DNA of 39,469 nucleotides from positions 1 to 39,469 of the forward strand of contig DSAF01000089.1 of NCBI GenBank assembly GCA_011388305.1. The letters are read 5' to 3'. This DNA is from Candidatus Zixiibacteriota bacterium. GTDB taxonomy: Bacteria; UBP14; UBA6098. Position numbers and translations under genes: made by a program. Positions 35,530-39,469 of this stretch are shown piece by piece (positions within the stretch are counted from its first letter, which is position 1; each line of letters starts with the position of its first letter). Below the pieces are notes generated by a model. That model saw only the letters and a program-made list of their open reading frames with translations. It did not search any database and had not been told where the DNA came from.

Positions 35530-37677
35530 TTATCTTGGGCTATCGATTGTCAATGCAGGTTTCTGCACACGAACTTCGTAGTAGAACCAATCCCCAAGGT
35601 ATTCCAGCGGAATTTCCTCGGTGTCCCACTCGTTATTCTCCACGCCTCTAATGGCCGCCTGATCGATGATATCGCTTCCGCATGTGGCGAGGATTTCCGT
35701 CTCCTCGACCTTGCCGAACACATCGATTCGAATTTTGAGGCGGACAACGCGCCCCTCAAGCCTGCTACTCCATTCGGCCTCGGGATATCGTAATTCGACG
35801 GGGAAGCGCGGTCTCGGCGCACGGGGCATCTCTCTGCCGGTCGCGGGATCGATAACGCCGCCCTGAGTGGGACGAATGTCCATATCGCGCGATTGACCCA
35901 TTCTCTGCTGGGGACGCTCCTCGGGGTGCTCTTCGGCCTCGGCTACCTCATCGAACTCCGGAGGCCGCTCAGTTTCGAACTTTGGTGCCGCACGACCAAG
36001 CCGAACCTCCGCAAGCTCGGAGAACTCCGACCCCGAAAGGCTGTCGGCGATGAAAGTATAAAGCGATTCGGCCATTTGGTAGTTGAAGGTCTTATACTCA
36101 TGAATATATGCCATCGCGGCGATGGCTTTGGGGCGGAATTGGCTTTTAGGGTATTCATCCGCGACGAGGCGGTAATACGCCAGCGCCGAGTCGATTCTGT
36201 TGTGCGTAAGGAGAAACTCCTCGGCTTTGACAAAGTAGAATGCCACAGTCTGAACGCCGAGCGAGTCCAGCGCGGCACCTCTTCCGACAAAATAATCCGC
36301 CGCGCCGACGGCATAGTCGCTCTCGGGGTATTGCTTGAGAAGCTCGGCAAAAGCCGAATCCGCCTTATCGCGGTTGCGCTTCTGATGAGCGTAAATCCAA
36401 CCGATGCCGTATGCTGATTTCGGGGCGAGGGAGTCATTTGGGTAATTCTTCAGCACGAAGTTATACTCCGAGAGTGCCGAATCCGGCATATTGAGGTCGA
36501 GAAGATACATCTCCGCCAGCGCAACGCCCGTGCCCGCCACATCGATATCCAAGGTGTCGTGAGACGAATCGCGCAAGTTCTGAAATTCCGTAAGCCTCGC
36601 GATAGATGCACTCTTCTGCAATGCCAGCTCGCGAACCCTTCCCGTGCTGACTTGCGCCGCCGAGGAATCGAACTCCATCTTCGCCACAGCGAACTCACTG
36701 AAGTCCAGGTGGAGGTCTCCACGCTTGAACCAGCCCCAAGCGGCGTTCTCCGTGCGCGGATGGTAGAGGCAGACATCCCTCCAAATCTCTATCGCCGAAG
36801 TCGTGTCGTCAAGGAGATAATGGACGTCGCCTATGCGGAGGTCAACCTCCGGCCAACGCGTGTAGAATGCGTCTTCCTTGCGGAGGCGCGAATAGTGCTC
36901 CAGCGCCGAATCGAGGCTGTCAAGCTCGGTCAAAGCCTCTCCGATGAGCATACGCGAGCCGAAGAATTCCGCCGGCGTAAGCTCCTTTTCGACGATTTGC
37001 CTCACCTGCTCGATACACTTGACGTAGTTCTCATGAACGAACTCGATGGTGGCGAGGCGATATCGGGCGAGGCTTCGGTATTGCCCCCGCGGATATGCCT
37101 CGATATAGGACATATAGGCATCCTTCGCCCCGATGTAGTCTTCTTGCTGGTATAGCAATTCGGCCATCATAAATGTGCTTCGCTCGGCGAAAGTTCCGGC
37201 CTCGGAGAGGTCTCGAAGCTGTTCGAGAGCGGCATCGAACTCGCCAAGCTCGTAAATGCAAAGCGTTCGCCAGTAGCTTGCCTCGGCGATATATTGGCTC
37301 TCCGGAAAAGCCTCGGAAAGCTCGTCGAATTTGCGAACGGCTTGGGCATACTCGCCGGTGCGGTAGAAGCACATCCCAAGAAGAAAAAGCGCGTCATCGA
37401 CCCATTTGCTCTCGGGATAGAAAGCCAGAACTCGCGATGATTTGGTGATGGCGATATCGTATTTTGCCTTGGCATCGCCGGGGAGCGTCTCGGAAGCGCT
37501 ACGAAGGCGGGACTTCTCGGCGAGACGGTAGTTCTTCCGTGCCAAGAAAAAAGTGTTATAATAAGCGCATCCCGAGCCGAAAAGGCCGAGAAGTGCCGCT
37601 ACTAAGATTGTCTTGCCTATAATGCTGTTTGTTTTTTTTGACAAAATCCTGTCACCTCTAAAGAGACATCGCAACAC
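35530..37677 (-). CDS. TPR-repeat (BamD/YfiO-like) lipoprotein fused to a C-terminal TonB_C-like domain
   Basis: The N-terminus KKTNSIIGKTILVAALLGLFGSGC is a signal peptide with a lipobox-like Cys. About 550 aa of TPR-like repeats follow, then an acidic/Pro-rich linker, then LRYPEAEWSSRLEGRVVRLKIRIDVFGKVEETEILATCGSDIIDQAAIRGV, which is TonB_C-like. The start is uncertain: GTG at 37677 or TTG at 37644, the latter preceded by gaggtga. Confidence 0.75.
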   Translation of the reverse strand: MLRCLFRGDRILSKKTNSIIGKTILVAALLGLFGSGCAYYNTFFLARKNYRLAEKSRLRSASETLPGDAKAKYDIAITKSSRVLAFYPESKWVDDALFLLGMCFYRTGEYAQAVRKFDELSEAFPESQYIAEASYWRTLCIYELGEFDAALEQLRDLSEAGTFAERSTFMMAELLYQQEDYIGAKDAYMSYIEAYPRGQYRSLARYRLATIEFVHENYVKCIEQVRQIVEKELTPAEFFGSRMLIGEALTELDSLDSALEHYSRLRKEDAFYTRWPEVDLRIGDVHYLLDDTTSAIEIWRDVCLYHPRTENAAWGWFKRGDLHLDFSEFAVAKMEFDSSAAQVSTGRVRELALQKSASIARLTEFQNLRDSSHDTLDIDVAGTGVALAEMYLLDLNMPDSALSEYNFVLKNYPNDSLAPKSAYGIGWIYAHQKRNRDKADSAFAELLKQYPESDYAVGAADYFVGRGAALDSLGVQTVAFYFVKAEEFLLTHNRIDSALAYYRLVADEYPKSQFRPKAIAAMAYIHEYKTFNYQMAESLYTFIADSLSGSEFSELAEVRLGRAAPKFETERPPEFDEVAEAEEHPEERPQQRMGQSRDMDIRPTQGGVIDPATGREMPRAPRPRFPVELRYPEAEWSSRLEGRVVRLKIRIDVFGKVEETEILATCGSDIIDQAAIRGVENNEWDTEEIPLEYLGDWFYYEVRVQKPALTIDSPR

Positions 37678-37725
37678 AAATTCCGCAAATACTTTTCGCG
37701 CAGATTATGTGCCAGCGAATCCAAA

Positions 37726-38595
37726 TCAATATGCTCTTCGCAAAATAAAGTCCGCGACGGCGTGAAGCTCTTCGTTATTCGGGTCGTCGCCGAGCGATGC
37801 TTTCGCGCTCGCGATAAGCTCCTCGGCAATTTGGCGACTTCGCTCGATGCCGAACAGCCGGGGATATGTCGCCTTATTGTGCTCTTCGTCAGAGCCAACT
37901 GGCTTGCCTAATTTTTTCGGGTCGGCTGTGATGTCGAGTATATCGTCGATAATTTGGAATGCGAGGCCAATCTTCTCGCCGTATGCCGAGACGGCATCGA
38001 CATCCTCGTCATCAGCGCCGGCGAGCCGCGCGCCCATTCGGAGGCTGACGGCAATCAGCGCGGCTGTTTTTCCGCGATGGATTCCCTCGAGAATCTCGGC
38101 AGTCGGCTCGGTGTCCTCGGCCTCGAGGTCAAACACCTGCCCCCCGACAAGCCCGCGCGTCCCGATAGCACTTGCCACATCGGCCACAATGCGAATGTCC
38201 CCCGCTTCGGCGAGGTTGCGGAACGCCAGCGCATGAAGCGCATCGCCCGCAAGAATCGCGATTGCCTCGCCGAACACCTTGTGGTTAGTGGGCTTACCTC
38301 GTCGCACATCGTCGTTGTCCATGCTGGGGAGGTCGTCGTGGATAAGGCTGTATGCGTGAATCAGCTCGAGCGCGCATGCCGGCGGATAGATGCGGTCGCC
38401 CTCGCCGCCGAAGCGCCTAAACGCAATAATCGCCAGCGCGGGACGCAAGCGCTTGCCGCCGGAGAGGACGGAGTATCGCATCGCGCGGTGGATTGTCTGT
38501 GGTGGCTCGGTTTCCGCCGGAAGCAAGTCGTCCAGCCATTTGTCTATTATCGGGATTTCACTTTTGAGCAATTCTTCGGCGCTAATCAATATCAC
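37726..38595 (-). CDS. ispA: (2E,6E)-farnesyl diphosphate synthase (polyprenyl synthetase family)
   Basis: First Asp-rich motif HAYSLIHDDLPSMDNDDVRRGKPT and second motif FQIIDDILD. The Tyr at -5 from the first motif is as in E. coli IspA. The GTG at 38595 lies too close to GAGGAG, so the TTG at 38589 may be the true start. Confidence 0.88.
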   Translation of the reverse strand: MILISAEELLKSEIPIIDKWLDDLLPAETEPPQTIHRAMRYSVLSGGKRLRPALAIIAFRRFGGEGDRIYPPACALELIHAYSLIHDDLPSMDNDDVRRGKPTNHKVFGEAIAILAGDALHALAFRNLAEAGDIRIVADVASAIGTRGLVGGQVFDLEAEDTEPTAEILEGIHRGKTAALIAVSLRMGARLAGADDEDVDAVSAYGEKIGLAFQIIDDILDITADPKKLGKPVGSDEEHNKATYPRLFGIERSRQIAEELIASAKASLGDDPNNEELHAVADFILRRAY

Positions 38596-38780
38596 TCCTC
38601 GTTTTCTTTCGTGTGCTATTATTGCTAAGGAACAAGCAGATTCCGCGCCGAATTTCGATATTTCAAGTTAGTCACCACCGATTTTTGCGCGGAAAACTGC
38701 ATAGTATCCCCCTTGAAACGCGAATATCAAAATCAAGGGCAATCATGTGCTCTGCCGATCAAAAAATATGAACTTTGCCC

Positions 38781-38809
38781 TTGAAATTAGCCTTTCCTAT
38801 CTTTATACT
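38781..38809 (+). promoter_or_regulatory. Near-consensus sigma-70 promoter for the NifX-like/DUF89 pair
   Basis: TTGAAA (38781-86), a 17-nt spacer, then TATACT (38804-09). The RBS aaggagag is at 38841-48 and the ATG at 38852. Confidence 0.55.
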
Positions 38810-38810
38810 A

Positions 38811-38828
38811 AATGAGCATATGCTCATT
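38811..38828. promoter_or_regulatory. Perfect 18-bp palindrome AATGAGCATATGCTCATT; candidate operator over the transcription start
   Basis: All nine base pairs were checked by hand. It begins 2 nt after the -10 hexamer. Confidence 0.5.
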
Positions 38829-38851
38829 ATAACTAACTACAAGGAGAGAAG

Positions 38852-39217
38852 ATGATCGTAGTTATCGCTACACACGACAAAGTGAACATCGCCGACAGAT
38901 TCGGCAGGGGCGCGGGTTTCATGTTTATCGACACCGAAACCGGCGAGAGGAAATATATGGACAACACTGCCAACGCCTCCATGAGGCACGGCGCGGGTGT
39001 GCAGACATCCAAGCTGGTCGCCGAGGCCGGCGCGCAGGCCGTAATCGGGCCGCATTTCGGGCCGTCAGCCTTCGGAACGCTCCAGCAGGCGGGTGTCCGG
39101 GTGTTCCACGGCTCTGGAAGCATCGATAAGGCAATAGAGGATTTCAAAGCGGGCGCGCTGGAAGAGGTCGTCGAGTCCAACGTCCCCAGCCATCACGGCA
39201 ACTGCCAATACAAATGA
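38852..39217 (+). CDS. NifX/NifB-C-terminal-like (dinitrogenase iron-molybdenum cofactor biosynthesis family) small protein
   Basis: 121 aa. IVVIATHDKVNIADRFGRGAGFMFID...AGAQAVIGPHFGPSAFGTLQQAGVRVF fits the PF02579 pattern as I recall it. Confidence 0.7.
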   Translation: MIVVIATHDKVNIADRFGRGAGFMFIDTETGERKYMDNTANASMRHGAGVQTSKLVAEAGAQAVIGPHFGPSAFGTLQQAGVRVFHGSGSIDKAIEDFKAGALEEVVESNVPSHHGNCQYK

Positions 39218-39469
39218 CCCGTCTCGACTGCATACCATGCCTTCTCGCCCACGCACTCAAGACAATTCGCAAATCGGGCGTGAGCGAGGAACTTGAACGC
39301 GAGCTTTTCGCCGGTGCGGTGGAGGCGTCGAAGATTCTCCTCGATGGCGCGCCTGCACCAGTCGCCGCGAGGGCGATTTACCGAAGCATCTCGGCTAAAA
39401 CGGGTATAACAGACCCTTTCCGCGATTTCAAGGTGCAATCGACCGAGATGGCTCTGCGGATTTTACCCC
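39214..39469 (+). CDS. DUF89 (ARMT1-like damage-control phosphatase family) protein, 5' partial; runs off the window
   Basis: My own translation from the ATG at 39214: MTRLDCIPCLLAHALKTIRKSGVSEELERELFAGAVEASKILLDGAPAPVAARAIYRSISAKTGITDPFRDFKVQSTEMALRILP, with no stops. The C..C start and the G..DP[FY]...K segment are typical of DUF89. The start overlaps the upstream stop (ATGA). Confidence 0.65.
   Translation, partial: MTRLDCIPCLLAHALKTIRKSGVSEELERELFAGAVEASKILLDGAPAPVAARAIYRSISAKTGITDPFRDFKVQSTEMALRILP

Noticed and set aside
34035-35651. 538-aa ORF antisense to alr and the DUF3052-like gene
   Set aside because: It spans two well-supported - strand genes and their spacer. The translation is low-complexity and Arg/Ala-rich with no motifs. 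Antisense artefact.
1-39469. CRISPR arrays, tRNA, rRNA, tmRNA, RNase P and SRP RNA genes; integrase, phage or defence gene clusters
   Set aside because: I scanned all intergenic regions of about 100 nt or more (8030-8260, 19498-19725, 20854-21120, 22165-22350, 25793-25922, 28512-28684, 33135-33289, 33728-33923, 38596-38851). I found no regularly spaced direct repeats, cloverleaf ends or signature motifs. Every large ORF is accounted for by housekeeping families.

Overview
The window reads as ordinary chromosome from a fairly GC-rich bacterium, probably uncultivated. GC was judged by eye, not computed. I call 26 protein genes, most of them housekeeping. On the + strand: coaX, a PHP phosphoesterase, smc and lepA. 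On the - strand: an ABC exporter pair; pgpA-cinA-thpR-recA; pilT; ftsK; tilS-hpt; hsp20 and dnaK; alr; a DUF3052-like gene; a TPR/TonB_C lipoprotein; and ispA. At the 3' end, on +, sit a NifX-like gene and a partial DUF89 gene. I found no rRNA, tRNA or CRISPR array, and no recognisable defence, toxin-antitoxin or prophage module. Five things are unusual. (1) An 8 kb gene (5..8029) encodes a 2674-aa Cys-rich secreted protein. It has an N-terminal vWA domain, nested repeats including a tandem ~480-aa super-repeat, and a CHU_C/T9SS-type-B-like C-terminal tail. (2) A conspicuously AT-rich IS200-like Y1 (RAYT-type) transposase gene lies between hsp20 and dnaK. Inverted copies of a 26-nt GC-rich palindromic REP-like element bracket its 5' part, and one copy lies in frame inside the transposase CDS. 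A hairpin with the same 8-bp arms serves as the lepA terminator. (3) A candidate ~190-nt structured sRNA with its own promoter and a clean intrinsic terminator converges on recA. (4) A 75-nt nested hairpin (22 bp) lies between thpR and recA. (5) The NifX-like/DUF89 pair has a near-consensus promoter immediately followed by a perfect 18-bp palindrome. None of these is demonstrably a new multi-gene system. All functional calls rest on motif recognition by eye, without database searches.
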